From assembly GCA_963706025.1 (NCBI GenBank), contig CAVPLM010000005.1, forward strand, positions 480,001 to 544,000: a stretch of DNA of 64,000 nt, in the 5' to 3' direction. Of this stretch, positions 11,440-23,116 are shown piece after piece. The stretch's first letter is position 1; every line of letters begins with the position of its first letter. The DNA comes from an uncultured Actinomycetes bacterium. Lineage in GTDB: Bacteria; Actinomycetota; Thermoleophilia; RBG-16-64-13. Position numbers and translations under genes: made by a program. Under the pieces are notes generated by a model. It had not been told where the DNA came from. It searched no databases and saw nothing but the letters and a program-made list of their open reading frames with translations.

Positions 11440-14348
11440 GCCACCCCCTGAGCGCGATCGGCGGGCATGCCCGGTGAACACCTCTCGAGGACACGCCGCA
11501 GGACCTTCCCCGTCTCACTGGCCGGGTGGGCGCAGACTTCCTCGGGAGTGCCCTCCGCCACCAACTCCCCGCCGGCATCCCCCCCTTCCGGGCCCAGGTC
11601 CACCAGCCAATCGGCGCATTTGATGACGTCCATATTGTGCTCTATCACCAGGACCGTGTTGCCCGTGTCCACCAGGCGTTGTAGAACCTGCAGCAGCCTG
11701 TCGACATCGGCGAAATGGAGCCCGGTCGTGGGCTCGTCCAAGATGTAAAGGGTGTTGCCGGTGGCTATCTTGGCCAGTTCGGTCGCCAGCTTCACCCGCT
11801 GGGCCTCGCCTCCCGAGAGCGTCGTGGAAGCTTGACCCAGCTTGATGTAATCCAGCCCCACATCGGCCAAGGTCTGTAGGCGCCGCCTGATCTTCGTTTG
11901 ATTGGCAAAGAACTCGAGTGCCTCCTCGACGCTCATGTCCAGGACTTCGGCCACGTTCTTGCCCTTGAAGCGCACCTCCAGCGTCTCCCGGTTGTACCGC
12001 TTGCCCTGGCAGACCTCGCAGGGCACGTAGATATCCGGCAGGAAGTGCATCTCTATCTTGAGGGTGCCGTCCCCCTTACAGGCCTCACATCGGCCGCCCT
12101 TCACATTGAAGCTGAAGCGGCCGGGCGCATAGCCGCGCACCTTCGATTCCTGCGTCTGCGAGAAGAGCTCCCGGATATGGTCGAAAAGCCCCGTGTAGGT
12201 AGCCGGGTTCGAGCGAGGGGTCCGGCCGATGGGGGTCTGGTCGATGTTGATGACCTTGTCGAGCTGCTCGATGCCGTCGATGCGATCGTGGTCTCCGGGG
12301 CGCACCGGCACTCGGTTGACGAGATTGGACAGGCTGCGGTAGATGATGTCGTTGACCAGGGTCGACTTCCCCGACCCCGAGACTCCGGTCACACAAACGA
12401 ACTTCCCGGTGGGGATGCGGACGTCAAGGTCTTTCAGGTTGTGCTCGCGGGCGCCCCGGACCACGATCTCACCCCGTCCTTCGCGCCGGGTCGCCGGGGT
12501 GGCAATAGACAGCTCTCCAGCCAGGAAACGTCCGGTGACCGAGCGAGGCTCGGCCACGATGGCCTCCAGCGAGCCGCTGGCCACTACCTCCCCCCCGTGT
12601 TCACCGGCGCCGGGACCCATGTCCACGATGTAGTCGGCCGAGCGCATGGTCTCCTCGTCATGCTCTACCACGATCACCGTGTTACCCAGGTCGCGCAGTC
12701 GCAGTAGGGTGTCTATGAGCCTGCGATTGTCGCGCTGATGGAGACCGATCGAGGGTTCGTCCAGTATGTACAGAACGCCCACCAGACTGGAGCCGATCTG
12801 GGTGGCCAAACGGATCCGCTGGGCTTCTCCCCCGGAAAGTGTGCTCGCCCCCCGGTGCAGACTCAGATAGCCCACCCCGACCGACTCCAGGAAGGACAAG
12901 CGCTCTCGGATCTCCTTGAGGACCCGGCCTCCGATAAGCCGTTCCCGTGCCCCCAGCTCCATGTCGTCGAGGAACCGCATGGTCCGAGTCACCGGCAGAA
13001 GGCTCAGCTCGTAGATGTTCAGGCCACCGACCCTCACCGCCAACGAGGGTGGTCTCAGCCGGGCCCCGTTACACGCGGTGCAGGGCCGCTCGGCCATATA
13101 CTCCTCGATCTTGTGGCGCATGTAGTCGGAATCCGTCTCCCGGTAGCGCCGTTCCAGATTGGGGACGATCCCCTCGAAGGTGGTCATGTAGCTGCGCTTG
13201 AAGCCCGAACGATTGACGTAGGAGACGTACAGGCGTTCCCCCCGCGTGCCGTAGAGGAACACATTCCGTACCTCCTCGGGCAGCGAAGCCCAAGGCGCGG
13301 AGATATCCACCTCATACCTTTCGGCTACCGCCTTGATGATCTGGTCGTAGTACTTCGAACTGCTGCCGGTCCACGGAAGCAGCACCCCTTCAGCGACCGA
13401 CAGCGAAGGGTCGCCCACGACCAGGTCCGGATCGATCTCGCGGCGGGCCCCCAGACCACCGCAGGTCTCGCAGGCGCCGTGAGGAGAGTTGAACGAGAAG
13501 ATGCGGGGCGCCATCTCGGGCAACGACACCCCGTGCACGGGGCAGGCCAGATTCTCGGAGAAAAGGAGGCTCGTAGGCCGGGGGCCGGCTTTTTCGTGGC
13601 CGCTCCCGCCGTCCGCCGACGCGCCGTCGTGAACGTCGACCACCAGCAGGCCGTGAGCCTCGGACAAGGCGGTCTCCACCGAGTCCGAAAGCCGCCGCCG
13701 TACGCCGTCCTTCATCACCAGACGATCGACCACCACGCTTATGTCGTGGCGCACGTTCTTGTCCAACTCAGGCAACGGCTCGTCCATGCTGTACTGTGCC
13801 CCGTCGATCTCCACCCGAGTAAAACCCTCCTGCCGGATGTGCTCCAGGACCTCCCTGTGCCAGCCCTTCTGGCCGCGGACAACCGGCGCTTTGATGACGA
13901 ACCGGGTACCACGTTCCAGGCCCAGGACCTGGTCCACGATCTGTTCCTTGCTCTGCCCTTCGATCGGGCGGCCGCAGATCCAGCAGTGGGGGTGCCCGAT
14001 GCGTGCGTAGAGCAGGCGGAGGTAATCGTAGATCTCGGTGACCGTGCCCACCGTGGAGCGTGGGTTGCGCGAAGTGGTCTTCTGGTCGATCGAGATGGCC
14101 GGGGAAAGCCCTTCGATGGAGTCCACATCGGGCTTGTTCATCTGGCCCAAGAACTGACGAGCGTACGCCGACAGACTCTCGACGTAGCGACGTTGGCCTT
14201 CGGCGTAGATGGTGTCGAAGGCAAGGCTCGACTTCCCCGAGCCCGAGAGCCCGGTGATTACGATGAAGCGGTCCCGTGGCAGGGCCAGAGAGACGTCCTT
14301 GAGATTGTGCTCCCGGGCCCCCACGACGATGATCTGGTCAGCGCCCAT
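11436..14348 (-). CDS. uvrA: excinuclease ABC subunit A
   Basis: Two Walker A motifs ([16 protein letters not shown]), LSGGEAQR twice, zinc fingers, 970 aa. Confidence 0.98.
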   Translation of the reverse strand: MGADQIIVVGAREHNLKDVSLALPRDRFIVITGLSGSGKSSLAFDTIYAEGQRRYVESLSAYARQFLGQMNKPDVDSIEGLSPAISIDQKTTSRNPRSTVGTVTEIYDYLRLLYARIGHPHCWICGRPIEGQSKEQIVDQVLGLERGTRFVIKAPVVRGQKGWHREVLEHIRQEGFTRVEIDGAQYSMDEPLPELDKNVRHDISVVVDRLVMKDGVRRRLSDSVETALSEAHGLLVVDVHDGASADGGSGHEKAGPRPTSLLFSENLACPVHGVSLPEMAPRIFSFNSPHGACETCGGLGARREIDPDLVVGDPSLSVAEGVLLPWTGSSSKYYDQIIKAVAERYEVDISAPWASLPEEVRNVFLYGTRGERLYVSYVNRSGFKRSYMTTFEGIVPNLERRYRETDSDYMRHKIEEYMAERPCTACNGARLRPPSLAVRVGGLNIYELSLLPVTRTMRFLDDMELGARERLIGGRVLKEIRERLSFLESVGVGYLSLHRGASTLSGGEAQRIRLATQIGSSLVGVLYILDEPSIGLHQRDNRRLIDTLLRLRDLGNTVIVVEHDEETMRSADYIVDMGPGAGEHGGEVVASGSLEAIVAEPRSVTGRFLAGELSIATPATRREGRGEIVVRGAREHNLKDLDVRIPTGKFVCVTGVSGSGKSTLVNDIIYRSLSNLVNRVPVRPGDHDRIDGIEQLDKVINIDQTPIGRTPRSNPATYTGLFDHIRELFSQTQESKVRGYAPGRFSFNVKGGRCEACKGDGTLKIEMHFLPDIYVPCEVCQGKRYNRETLEVRFKGKNVAEVLDMSVEEALEFFANQTKIRRRLQTLADVGLDYIKLGQASTTLSGGEAQRVKLATELAKIATGNTLYILDEPTTGLHFADVDRLLQVLQRLVDTGNTVLVIEHNMDVIKCADWLVDLGPEGGDAGGELVAEGTPEEVCAHPASETGKVLRRVLERCSPGMPADRAQGVA

Positions 14349-14403
14349 GGCACGAGGATTCTAGCAGCTGGCCGGGACGGCGGAATGATGTTGGCACCCG
14401 GGT

Positions 14404-15522
14404 CTATGCGACGGTCGCAAGACGTGCCTTCAGCATTCTGATGGTGTCGCGTTGAGCCTCGAGAGCCGGATGATCCGAAGACTGCACTCTGCCGTGGAAA
14501 AGGGCCAGGTTCATCTGTTCCCGCTGCAGCTGCTTCAGCCAGGAGCGGGCCGCCGGTCCCTTCTCCCTCTTCATCCGGCGCAGAGCTGCTCGTCGCTTTC
14601 GTCCGCTCTGCAGGCTGTGGAACTCGACCTCACTGAGCACGTCGGTCCCCACTTCGGTGGCGATCAGCCGGGCGAACGCTTGGCCTTCCCGCCGCCGGGC
14701 AAAGACCGCAAGAAGCGCCAGGAAGACAAGGAAAGGCACCCCCTTGACGACCAAAGCGAGAACGAACGACCCCGTGCTGCGTGCCATGAGCGAATCGAGC
14801 CAGGGCGAGTTCCACACGAAGTGCGCGGCCCACGCCAGGACCGCGAACAGGGCCGCCATCACCACACGTCTACCGAGGGGCGCGGCGCGCTGGGTCACCA
14901 AGTAGGCGATGCCGAACCCCATCAGTCCGGTGAACAGAGTGTGACTGTACAGTCCGGCAAGGACCACCCGAACGAAAAAGGTGTTGACCACCGGTCCCAA
15001 TTGCCCGGCCCCGGCTTCCGCTGCGGCATACATGAAGTACTGCACGTTCTCCACCACCTGGAAGCCGAGTCCGATCATGGCGCCGTACACCAGCCCGTCC
15101 ATCAACCCGTCTATCTCGGAGCGAGCCATAAGAAAGATGATGACCAAACCGGCTCCCTTGTAGAGCTCCTCGTTGATGGGGGCGACGATGGCTGCCCCCC
15201 AGGAATCCACTGTGGTCGCGGGCAGGATGTGCTGCAGGAAGCTCAACATCGACGAATTGGTGATCGCCGAGAACGACAAGGCCACCACTCCGCCCCACAG
15301 GACCGCGACGGCGATAAGGGATGCGGGCTCTGGCTCGAAAGTGTCGAACCTATAGATGATGAGACCAGCGGGTATCGCCGTGACTGCGAGGAGGACGATC
15401 GAGAGCAGCCAGGCCCCGGGGTAGCTGTTCACGTACGCGAGTTGCTCGATCCCGACGATCAATACGCCGCCGGCCATGAGCGCAAGGAACAGCCAGTAGG
15501 CGGGCTGTCTGCCCAGGCTCAA
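14404..15522 (-). CDS. PrsW family intramembrane metalloprotease
   Basis: EPEP, APINEELYK (EExxK), GLGFQVVEN (FxxxEN), H motifs (SHTLFT, AHFVWN), multiple TM helices. Confidence 0.88.
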   Translation of the reverse strand: MSLGRQPAYWLFLALMAGGVLIVGIEQLAYVNSYPGAWLLSIVLLAVTAIPAGLIIYRFDTFEPEPASLIAVAVLWGGVVALSFSAITNSSMLSFLQHILPATTVDSWGAAIVAPINEELYKGAGLVIIFLMARSEIDGLMDGLVYGAMIGLGFQVVENVQYFMYAAAEAGAGQLGPVVNTFFVRVVLAGLYSHTLFTGLMGFGIAYLVTQRAAPLGRRVVMAALFAVLAWAAHFVWNSPWLDSLMARSTGSFVLALVVKGVPFLVFLALLAVFARRREGQAFARLIATEVGTDVLSEVEFHSLQSGRKRRAALRRMKREKGPAARSWLKQLQREQMNLALFHGRVQSSDHPALEAQRDTIRMLKARLATVA

Positions 15523-16184
15523 CGAGGCACCACAAGGGTCTCAAGCATGGTGTCCAGGTCGGCCTGCACCCGCGGCAACTGGCCGGCCGGAGCGACGGCC
15601 AGCATCACCACGCCGGTCCCTCCATACGTCGCCGCCGCCAACTCGCCTTCCAATCGACTGGAGTCCGCGGTCCCAGAGAACAGTACGGTCAGGCCGGGCA
15701 GGTCACCGGCTATGGATGACTCGGCAGCAGGCAGGGCCCTGAAGGAATCGAACTGACCCTTGAGGTCGTCAAGTTCGAAAGCGAGAAGCTCCTCAGCAGT
15801 ACCGTCGTACGCTTCCGCGGCGAACACGACGACGGCGCCGGCCCGCTTGAGGGAAACAGCGTTCGGTCCCGCCTCCCAAACGTCGGCAGCCGAGGTCCAT
15901 CCGTCCGCCGGCGTCACCGTCACGTTTCGACCCAGCTCGATCGGTACCGCCTGGTCGACACCGGCAGGCGCCGCGAACGCCGCCAAGAGGAGAGTGAACA
16001 GCATCCAGCCGATCATGACCGCGACCAGGATGACCGGGCCTCGCCACAAGGAGTGACGCGGTCCCTCGGTAGGCATAGGACGAGGGGGGGCCCCGCGGAC
16101 TGTGTAGATGGGTAAGTCGCCCTGGTTCACAGCAGTCTCCGCCGTCCTTCTTCCCAGAAAACACAAGAGCCCCGCCGCCGTCAC
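15519..16184 (-). CDS. membrane-anchored hypothetical protein (start uncertain, possibly 16076)
   Basis: One TM helix (VILVAVMIGWMLFTLLLAAFA) then a beta-rich acidic domain; stop overlaps the start of the PrsW-like gene. Confidence 0.7.
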   Translation of the reverse strand: MTAAGLLCFLGRRTAETAVNQGDLPIYTVRGAPPRPMPTEGPRHSLWRGPVILVAVMIGWMLFTLLLAAFAAPAGVDQAVPIELGRNVTVTPADGWTSAADVWEAGPNAVSLKRAGAVVVFAAEAYDGTAEELLAFELDDLKGQFDSFRALPAAESSIAGDLPGLTVLFSGTADSSRLEGELAAATYGGTGVVMLAVAPAGQLPRVQADLDTMLETLVVPR

Positions 16185-16230
16185 GGTGGGGCCTTCTGGG
16201 TCCGGTCCACTCGGGGTCCGGAAGTCTAGG

Positions 16231-16303
16231 TGGAGGTAAGGGGACTCGAACCCCTGGCCTCAACGCTGCCAGCGTCGCGCTCTCCCAGCTGAGCTATACC
16301 CCC
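16231..16303 (-). tRNA. tRNA-Ala (GGC)
   Basis: GGGGGTATAGCTCAGCTGGGAGAGCGCGACGCTGGCAGCGTTGAGGCCAGGGGTTCGAGTCCCCTTACCTCCA folds as a cloverleaf; G3-U70 pair; CCA not fully encoded. Confidence 0.96.
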
Positions 16304-16320
16304 ACGGCGAGCGGCCTCGG

Positions 16321-16349
16321 ATTATAGCCGCTGGTTCAACCCGGTGCAA
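16321..16349 (-). promoter_or_regulatory. sigmaA-type promoter of tRNA-Ala
   Basis: TTGCAC-N17-TATAAT on the minus strand just upstream of the tRNA. Confidence 0.65.
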
Positions 16350-16375
16350 CCGGGCGGTCGCCGGCCACAGACCCC

Positions 16376-16804
16376 CTACTCAACGCTCTCGACCGGCGCC
16401 TGCTTCCAGAGCACATCCAGCCTGTAGAACTCCCGCGCGGTCGGGGTGAAGACGTGCACCACGAAGTCAAGATAGTCCAGGAGGATCCATTCTCCGCTCG
16501 CCGCGCCCTCGCTCCCGCTCGGCAACAGGCCGGCGTCGCGCTTGAGCCTGAAGCCAATCTCCTCGGCGATGCGTCGGGTCAGGCGCACGTTGCGACCTGT
16601 GCACAGTACGAAGTAGTCCGTGTAGGTGACCAGTTCGTGCATGTCCAGCACCTTGACCTCTTCGGCCTTAACACCGGCCGCCGCCATCGCGGCGCGGCGG
16701 GCGCGCGCATGGATGAGCTCGAGCTCTTGGTCGGACTCGGGGACGCTGGGCCGTTCTCGCCGAGACAGACTCTGAAGACCCGGAACGGCAGGCTCCTCAA
16801 CCAC
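16376..16804 (-). CDS. rsfS: ribosome silencing factor RsfS/Iojap
   Basis: KAEEVKVLDM, TDYFVLCTG, WILLDYLDFVVHVF, REFYRLDVLW. Confidence 0.92.
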   Translation of the reverse strand: MVEEPAVPGLQSLSRRERPSVPESDQELELIHARARRAAMAAAGVKAEEVKVLDMHELVTYTDYFVLCTGRNVRLTRRIAEEIGFRLKRDAGLLPSGSEGAASGEWILLDYLDFVVHVFTPTAREFYRLDVLWKQAPVESVE

Positions 16805-16813
16805 GGCGACGGA

Positions 16814-18349
16814 TCACTCCCATTCGATAGTGGAGGGAGGTTTGCTGGAGATGTCGAGCACCACGCGATTGACCCCCGGGACCTCGTTGATGACACGCTG
16901 GGAGATGCGCTCCAGCAGGTCGTACGGCAGACGAGCCCAATCCGCCGTCATGGCGTCGTCGGAAGTGACGGCCCGCACGACGATGGGGTAGGCATAGGTG
17001 CGCTCGTCGCCCATGACGCCCACGCTGCGGATGGCCGGCAACACCGCGAAGGACTGCCAGAGCTCCCGGTACAGACCAGCCCGTTTGACCTCATCCAGCA
17101 GGATAGCGTCGGCTTCTCGGAGGATCTCCAGTCTCTCCCAGGTGACTTCACCCACGATGCGGATGGCGAGTCCCGGGCCCGGGAAGGGCTGGCGCCAGAC
17201 CATTTCCTCCGGCAGGCCCAGTTCCTCGCCCACGACCCGCACTTCGTCCTTGAACAACATACGAAGCGGTTCTACCAGTTCGAAATCGACGTCTTCAGGT
17301 AGACCTCCGACGTTGTGATGTGACTTGATAACCGCCGCCGAAGTAGTCCCCGACTCGATCACATCCGGATAGATAGTCCCCTGCACGAGGAACTTCGACT
17401 TGCCGAGCTTGTGAGATTCTCCCTCGAAAGTCCGGATGAACTCCTCACCGATGATCTTCCGCTTGTCTTCGGGATCCGTGACGCCCGCCAGCTTCCCTAT
17501 GAAGCGCTCCTGCGCCTGTACGTGAACCAGCGGTATGTGGAAATGGCGGCGGAACGTGTCCGCCACCTGTTCGGCTTCGTTCTTCCGATTGAGCCCGTGG
17601 TCCACAAAGATGCAGGTCAGCTGATTGCCCACTGCCTTGTAGACGAGAAGCGCGGCCACCGTCGAGTCCACCCCTCCGGACAGCCCGCAGACCACAGGTT
17701 GGTCGCCGACCTGAGCACGGATTCGCCCCACAGCCTCTTCGATGATAGAGACCGGCGTCCAGGTGGGGGCGATATCGCAGATCTTGTAGAGGAAGTTCTT
17801 GAGAATATCCTGGCCGCACTCAGTGTGACGCACCTCCGGGTGAAACTGGACCCCGTATAACTTCGCCTCCGGGTCCTCCATGGCAGCCACCGGCATGTTC
17901 GGGCTGGTCGCCGTGACCTGGAAACCCGGTGGCACCTCGACCACCGAATCACCATGGCTCATCCAACACCCCATCTCCCCAGGAAGACCGGCGAACAGCG
18001 CGCCGTGATCGTTGACGGTCAGCGTCCTCCCCCCGTATTCCGCTCGCCCGATGCGCGCGACCTGCCCGCCCTTCAGCTTGGCGATGAGTTGCAGGCCGTA
18101 GCAGATCCCCAGCACCGGGATGCCGCCGGCCAGGATCTCCGGATCCACAGTAGGCGCGCCGGGATCGTTGACGCCACATGGCCCCCCGGACAGAATGATC
18201 CCGGCGGGTTTCTGGGCGCGGATGTCGGCCAGCGGCGTGTCAAGAGGGATGAGTTCGGAGTAGACACGGCATTCGCGAACGCGCCGCGCGATGAGTTGGG
18301 AGTACTGACCGCCGAAATCGATGACCAGGATCTTCCTGACGCCGTCCAC
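16814..18349 (-). CDS. guaA: glutamine-hydrolysing GMP synthase
   Basis: [52 protein letters not shown]; GTG start at 18349. Confidence 0.97.
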   Translation of the reverse strand: MDGVRKILVIDFGGQYSQLIARRVRECRVYSELIPLDTPLADIRAQKPAGIILSGGPCGVNDPGAPTVDPEILAGGIPVLGICYGLQLIAKLKGGQVARIGRAEYGGRTLTVNDHGALFAGLPGEMGCWMSHGDSVVEVPPGFQVTATSPNMPVAAMEDPEAKLYGVQFHPEVRHTECGQDILKNFLYKICDIAPTWTPVSIIEEAVGRIRAQVGDQPVVCGLSGGVDSTVAALLVYKAVGNQLTCIFVDHGLNRKNEAEQVADTFRRHFHIPLVHVQAQERFIGKLAGVTDPEDKRKIIGEEFIRTFEGESHKLGKSKFLVQGTIYPDVIESGTTSAAVIKSHHNVGGLPEDVDFELVEPLRMLFKDEVRVVGEELGLPEEMVWRQPFPGPGLAIRIVGEVTWERLEILREADAILLDEVKRAGLYRELWQSFAVLPAIRSVGVMGDERTYAYPIVVRAVTSDDAMTADWARLPYDLLERISQRVINEVPGVNRVVLDISSKPPSTIEWE

Positions 18350-18350
18350 C

Positions 18351-19301
18351 TTACGATTCAGCGGACACCTCCTCCACCTCCACGGCTCCGGCCAGTTCCA
18401 CGGCGTCTGCCGCCAGAAAGACCCCGGCGCCATATCGCACCAGACTGGCGGCGGCACAGCCCAGACCGAAGCGCAGGCATTCGACCGGTTCGGCGCCCTC
18501 GAGAAGGCGCACCGCATATCCACCCACCAAAGCATCCCCCCAGCCCAGAGGCGATACCGCGTCGATCTCCGGCATCTTGCCGACGTAGGTCCGGCTGCCC
18601 TCTCCGTCGGCTAGTTCGGCAACACACCCGTACCGGAAGGTGATCACCACGGAACCGGCTCCCATCTCCCGCATACGGCGGGCCGCCAGGATGCGGTCGT
18701 TCAGACTAGCGAACTCGTAGCCTATGACTTTCTCGGCCTCGACCAACTTGGGAAACACGAAGTCAGGGCCCGCTTTGATGCCCCAGCGCAGCGGATCACC
18801 ATACGTGTAGAAGAAGGTCTTGACTCCCAGTCTCCGCAGCCGCTCGATCATGTGCACGTAGAAGTCGTCCTCCAGTCCCCGCGGGACGCTCCCGGCCAAG
18901 ACCGCTATGTCGGCCGCCTTGCCCAGATACTCCAGCTTCTCGTACATCAGGTTGACTTCCTCCGGCCGGATCTCCGGGCCGGCCTCGGTGATCTCGGTGA
19001 CGGAGTTGGTGGCGGGGTCGACGACAGCCATCGTGAGTCTCGACTCGTCCTGGATACGCACGAAATCGTTCAGGATCCCCTCGCTGTTGAGATCGGCAAG
19101 GATCTGGTCGCCCCTGCGACCGCCCATGAACCCGGTGGCGATGACCGGCCGGCCCAGGATCCTGGCCGCCCGGGCGACATTGATGCCCTTGCCGCCAGGG
19201 AAGGCGACCGTGTCGATGGCCCGGTTACGGAAGCCGGCATGGAAATTGGGAACGACCATCGTCCGGTCGAGGGCCGGATTGAGGGTCACCGTCAGTATCA
19301 T
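18351..19301 (-). CDS. 1-phosphofructokinase family hexose kinase (PfkB)
   Basis: [25 protein letters not shown]; C-terminal motif PLGWGD (variant of xxGAGD). Confidence 0.88.
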   Translation of the reverse strand: MILTVTLNPALDRTMVVPNFHAGFRNRAIDTVAFPGGKGINVARAARILGRPVIATGFMGGRRGDQILADLNSEGILNDFVRIQDESRLTMAVVDPATNSVTEITEAGPEIRPEEVNLMYEKLEYLGKAADIAVLAGSVPRGLEDDFYVHMIERLRRLGVKTFFYTYGDPLRWGIKAGPDFVFPKLVEAEKVIGYEFASLNDRILAARRMREMGAGSVVITFRYGCVAELADGEGSRTYVGKMPEIDAVSPLGWGDALVGGYAVRLLEGAEPVECLRFGLGCAAASLVRYGAGVFLAADAVELAGAVEVEEVSAES

Positions 19302-19322
19302 GGACGACTGGTCCCCACGGCC

Positions 19323-20577
19323 CTAGCCCGCTCCCAGCCACCGGGCGAGCCGATCCCAGTAGTGGCTCAGCTTGGAGCCGAGGGTGGTCTTCCCGATCGA
19401 CTTGTTCGCTACCAGGTCCACGGTCTTCACCGTCTCTCCATCGACCATCAAGGCCACGCTGCCGTACACATCGCCTGCCCTGACGGGAAGGACCAGCCGG
19501 CCCGTCAAGTGAAACCGAAGCGGTGACCTCGTCGTCCTTGTACAGATCCATCTCCACGGCGCTCTCAGTGACGAGTTGCAGTCCGCCGTCAAACTGATGG
19601 GGAACAGTGGTCTCTGCCACCGCCACGCCCTCTTCCATGAGGGTGACGTGCTTGTACTGGGCCAATCCGTACTCCAAGAGAGCCTGGCTCTCGCTGAAAC
19701 AGACACTCGACGACGGTTGACCGAGGACCACGCTGATGACCGAGACGCCGTTCTTCGAGGCGGATCCCACGAGACACTGCTCCGCCTTGGGCGTGAGCCC
19801 GGTCTTGATGCCGGTCACCCAGGAGACTCGGCCTAACAGCTTGTTCGTGTTCTTGAAGACGGTGGGCTCGGACCTACCCGGTAGCGAGACCGTATAGCTC
19901 TCCGTGGACACCAACTCGCGGAACTTGTCGTTCTTCATAGCGTATCGAGCGACCACAGCCATGTCGGCTGCGGTCGAGTAATGTCCGGTCGCATCCAAGC
20001 CGTTGGGGTTGACGAAGTGCGTGTCCTCCATCCCTAGTTCCGCGGCCTTGTCGTTCATCAAGGCGGCGAACTCCTCCACGGACCCCGAGCACGCCTCAGC
20101 CAAGGCCACGGCGGCTGAGTTCGCGCTCCGAAGCATCAGAGCGTACAGGAGCTGCTCTACCGTAAGAACATCGCCCTCCCTCAGCCAGGTCTTGGGCTCG
20201 ATGGTCTGCGCGGCCTTCTCAGAAACCGTGACGGAGGTGCCCAAGTCCATGTTCTCGAGGATCAGGATGCCGGTCATGATCTTGGTGGTCGAAGCCATGC
20301 GCCTTTGTTTCTCCGCGTTACGCTCGTAGAGCACCTTGCCGGAATCCGCATGGATGAGGATGGCGGCGGGAGACTCGACGGTTGGTGGATCGGCCGCGAA
20401 TCCACCCAGATCCGTCGCGCTGACGGTGAAGACGGTCGTCTGGGTCGGTGAGTTGGCCGTGGCCTCGGCGGTCTCGCCCAGAGCGATGGCACTCAGAACC
20501 GAGATCACCACCAGGAGAACGACCGCGAAGATCAGGAGCGGGCCAAACCGCCCCTGTCTGGCTATCGGTGGCATCAT
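19323..20577 (-). CDS. dacA: D-alanyl-D-alanine carboxypeptidase (S11), apparent +1 frameshift near 19498
   Basis: ASTTK (SxxK), SAN (SxN), KTG motifs; the C-terminal domain LVLPVRAGDVYG..VDLVANKSI continues in another frame to the stop at 19323. Confidence 0.88.
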
Positions 20578-20688
20578 GGCGCGGAGTATACCATGGGCCA
20601 CTTCGCCGACCGCGCCGGACATCCCCGGTTCGGAGGCCTTCGGGCCGATGCTATACTTCGCGGCTGACTTGTGCTCCGTCGGGGAGGT

Positions 20689-21453
20689 ATGACGATCGCC
20701 GAGGTGCTACGCCACGCTTGGAGCCGGCTGATCCGCAAACAGTGGTTGATCTTCTATCCATTGGCGCTGGCGGTCATCAACACCTTGGCTTTCTTCGCGA
20801 TCTACGCGAGCAATGGCGAGACCATGAGTTGGACTGCGTTCTTCGCCGCCAATGCTGCCCGATGGCAGTACGTCCAGGATCACTTCCTCAGCGGCTTCTC
20901 TTTCACGCCCACGCTGGCCATAGCCGTGTTCGTGGGGCTGGCCGTCTGCGTGCTCGCGGCCATGATCCGTGCTCCCTACTTCCGTTCTATAGCCGGTCTT
21001 GGTTACCCTCTCGCGCCTCGAAACCGTCAAGAGGCAGCCAGACTCTCGCTCTTCTACGTGCTCGCAAATCTGGTGTTATGGGTACTGCCCCTTGCGGCCC
21101 CCGGCGGCAGCATACTGGAGCAGATCGTGGCCGTCGCGGTGCTGGTGGTAGCGATCCTGATCGCCTTCGTCGACTACGTCATAGTCTTCGAAGAGGTGGC
21201 TTTGCCTGCCGCCGTCCGCCGAAGCGTCCAGCTGTTCGGCCGTCGTTGGATCACTTTGGTCGCGATCTTCGTGGTCATTCAACTCCTGTACCTGGGGATC
21301 TACAGCCTGTATGACCTCTACTACCAAAAGGCCACCGGGCTGTTCATCCTTCTGCCGCTCAGTCAGATCCTGGTGGAGGCATTCGTGGTGCTCTGCATCG
21401 ACCTGGTGCTCATCTTCCTCTACGAGCAGATCAGACCGGATAGCGCTTCCTAG
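20689..21453 (+). CDS. multi-pass membrane protein, hypothetical
   Basis: GGAGGT RBS before ATG 20689; about 6 hydrophobic helices. Confidence 0.78.
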   Translation: MTIAEVLRHAWSRLIRKQWLIFYPLALAVINTLAFFAIYASNGETMSWTAFFAANAARWQYVQDHFLSGFSFTPTLAIAVFVGLAVCVLAAMIRAPYFRSIAGLGYPLAPRNRQEAARLSLFYVLANLVLWVLPLAAPGGSILEQIVAVAVLVVAILIAFVDYVIVFEEVALPAAVRRSVQLFGRRWITLVAIFVVIQLLYLGIYSLYDLYYQKATGLFILLPLSQILVEAFVVLCIDLVLIFLYEQIRPDSAS

Positions 21454-21529
21454 GGAACGCGCAGCCGGGAACATTAGTCGGCTGCTTTCCCGGCCTCTCT
21501 CAGGGTCGCCTTCTATCGAGCCCAGGGTC

Positions 21530-21730
21530 TCAAGGGACCACTTCCACCGTCGGCAAGGTGGTCGGAGCGGCCTCCGGGCCGACTCGGGGCTGGTCGCTCT
21601 TCACTACGCCGGTCAGGACCAGTACGCTCACGACTGCGACCACAACCACGAGGGCCACAAGAGGAAGGACATAGGTCCGCACCCAGGTCGAGTTCTCGGG
21701 CCCTTCTGAGTACAGGTCTTCGCTAGACAC
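21530..21730 (-). CDS. small single-pass membrane protein
   Basis: 66 aa with one TM helix (YVLPLVALVVVVAVVSVLVLTGVV); start overlaps the pyrF end. Confidence 0.6.
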   Translation of the reverse strand: MSSEDLYSEGPENSTWVRTYVLPLVALVVVVAVVSVLVLTGVVKSDQPRVGPEAAPTTLPTVEVVP

Positions 21731-22640
21731 GACCGGCCGCCTCCCACAGAGCGGCCCGCATCTCCTGAGCCTCGCGCAAAGCCGCCGCCTTCCAATCCCC
21801 GGGATGGTTTCGATACGCGTAGAGAATAGCCCTAGCCGAATTCACCACCGCTCCGGTGCCGTTCCCATCAAAGAAACCCGAGAGATCCTCGGCCCTGGCT
21901 CCCTGGGCTCCATACCCAGGTATGAGCAGAGGCACGCCGGGCATCTGTCTTCTCAGAGCGGCTCCCTGCGCGGGATGCGTGCCTCCGACCACTGCGCCCA
22001 CTGCCCGGTAGCCCCAAGAACCCTCGCTTCCGACGCCCCAGATGTTCACTAGATCGGCGATGCGGCCGTATACCGGTCCGCCCGATAGGAGGTCCAGGTC
22101 CTGGATCTCTGCAGAGCTGGGATTGGACGTCTTGACCAGGACGAACACGCCTTTCCCCTCCTCCCGCGCCCTCCGCAAGAAGGGCTCCAACCCGTCCGCC
22201 CCGAAATACGGGTTCACGGTTACTGCATCGGCGCCGGCCACGTCGAGGTGGGCGTGGGCGTAGGCTTCGGCCGTGCTACCGATGTCGCCCCGCTTCACAT
22301 CGGCGATCACCAGGTATCCTAGATCTCTCGCCGCGGCGACCACGTCCTCGTATAGCCCATAGCCGCGAGCCCCCAAAGCCTCGAAATACGCTATCTGGAT
22401 CTTGACTGCTATCGCCTCCGAGCGCAGGCTTTGCAGCAGCGCATTCAAGAAGTCCCGATAGCACGCGACTTTCATCTCCTCTTCGGTGGCGTAGCGCGCC
22501 TGCTCGTGAGCGGCTCTGATCTGCGGAGGAAGCAGAGCATAGTCGGGGTCGAGGCCCACCACCACGTGCGAACGTTTGGTCTCGATCGCCTCCAAAAGGC
22601 GATCGGCAAAGTGCTCCCCGGTCGATCTTCCCTCGGTCAC
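21723..22640 (-). CDS. pyrF: orotidine-5'-phosphate decarboxylase (type 2)
   Basis: VGLDP, DVKRGDIGSTAEAY, KTSNP, PGYGAQG, NSARAI. Confidence 0.95.
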   Translation of the reverse strand: MTEGRSTGEHFADRLLEAIETKRSHVVVGLDPDYALLPPQIRAAHEQARYATEEEMKVACYRDFLNALLQSLRSEAIAVKIQIAYFEALGARGYGLYEDVVAAARDLGYLVIADVKRGDIGSTAEAYAHAHLDVAGADAVTVNPYFGADGLEPFLRRAREEGKGVFVLVKTSNPSSAEIQDLDLLSGGPVYGRIADLVNIWGVGSEGSWGYRAVGAVVGGTHPAQGAALRRQMPGVPLLIPGYGAQGARAEDLSGFFDGNGTGAVVNSARAILYAYRNHPGDWKAAALREAQEMRAALWEAAGRV

Positions 22641-22692
22641 ACTACTTCACCTCGCTCGTCGCTTCGCGTTCCTCGCGTCACGGCTCGACAAG

Positions 22693-22718
22693 AAAAAGGG
22701 GCCGCACGAGGCGGCCCC
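22693..22718 (-). terminator. intrinsic terminator after the HU gene
   Basis: GGGGCCGC-loop-GCGGCCCC stem followed by a U-tract on the minus strand. Confidence 0.8.
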
Positions 22719-22743
22719 ATCGGATACTGCCGTGAACGTGGAA

Positions 22744-23016
22744 CTACTTGACGGCGTTCTTGAGAGCCAGGCCCGCGCTGAACTTGGGGACGTTGCTGGC
22801 CGGGATCTTGATCTTGGCCTTGGTCTGCGGGTTGATACCGTCCCTGGCCTGACGTTTCTGTACGTAGAACTTGCCGAAACCGGTGAACTGAACGTCTTCC
22901 CCCTTCTTCAGCGAGTCTGTGACCACCTCCACGAACGCGTCCACCATACTGGCTGCGTCTTTCTTGGTGAAGCCACCCTTTGCTGCAAGCTTGTCCACAA
23001 AATCAGCCTTGGTCAC
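22744..23016 (-). CDS. hup: DNA-binding protein HU
   Basis: TKADFVDKLA, VQFTGFGKF, ARDGINPQT, PKFSAG; GGAGGT RBS before GTG 23016. Confidence 0.95.
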   Translation of the reverse strand: MTKADFVDKLAAKGGFTKKDAASMVDAFVEVVTDSLKKGEDVQFTGFGKFYVQKRQARDGINPQTKAKIKIPASNVPKFSAGLALKNAVK

Positions 23017-23116
23017 AGCTACCTCCCTTTGTCCGCGCGGTACATCTTTACCATAGCAAACACGCCGAGTCCCGCACAAGCGGTTTTTGCCCGTTCCAGG
23101 GCAAGAAACCCCGATT

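Noticed and set aside
12738-14441. Long antisense and shadow ORFs (for example 567 aa opposite uvrA, 460 aa opposite thrC, 401 aa opposite actP)
   Set aside because: Expected by-product of high-GC codon bias opposite real genes; no recognisable motifs
16200-16303. tRNA-Ala (and tRNA-Gly at 51275) as integration sites for an island
   Set aside because: No integrase, transposase or duplicated tRNA 3' end seen nearby
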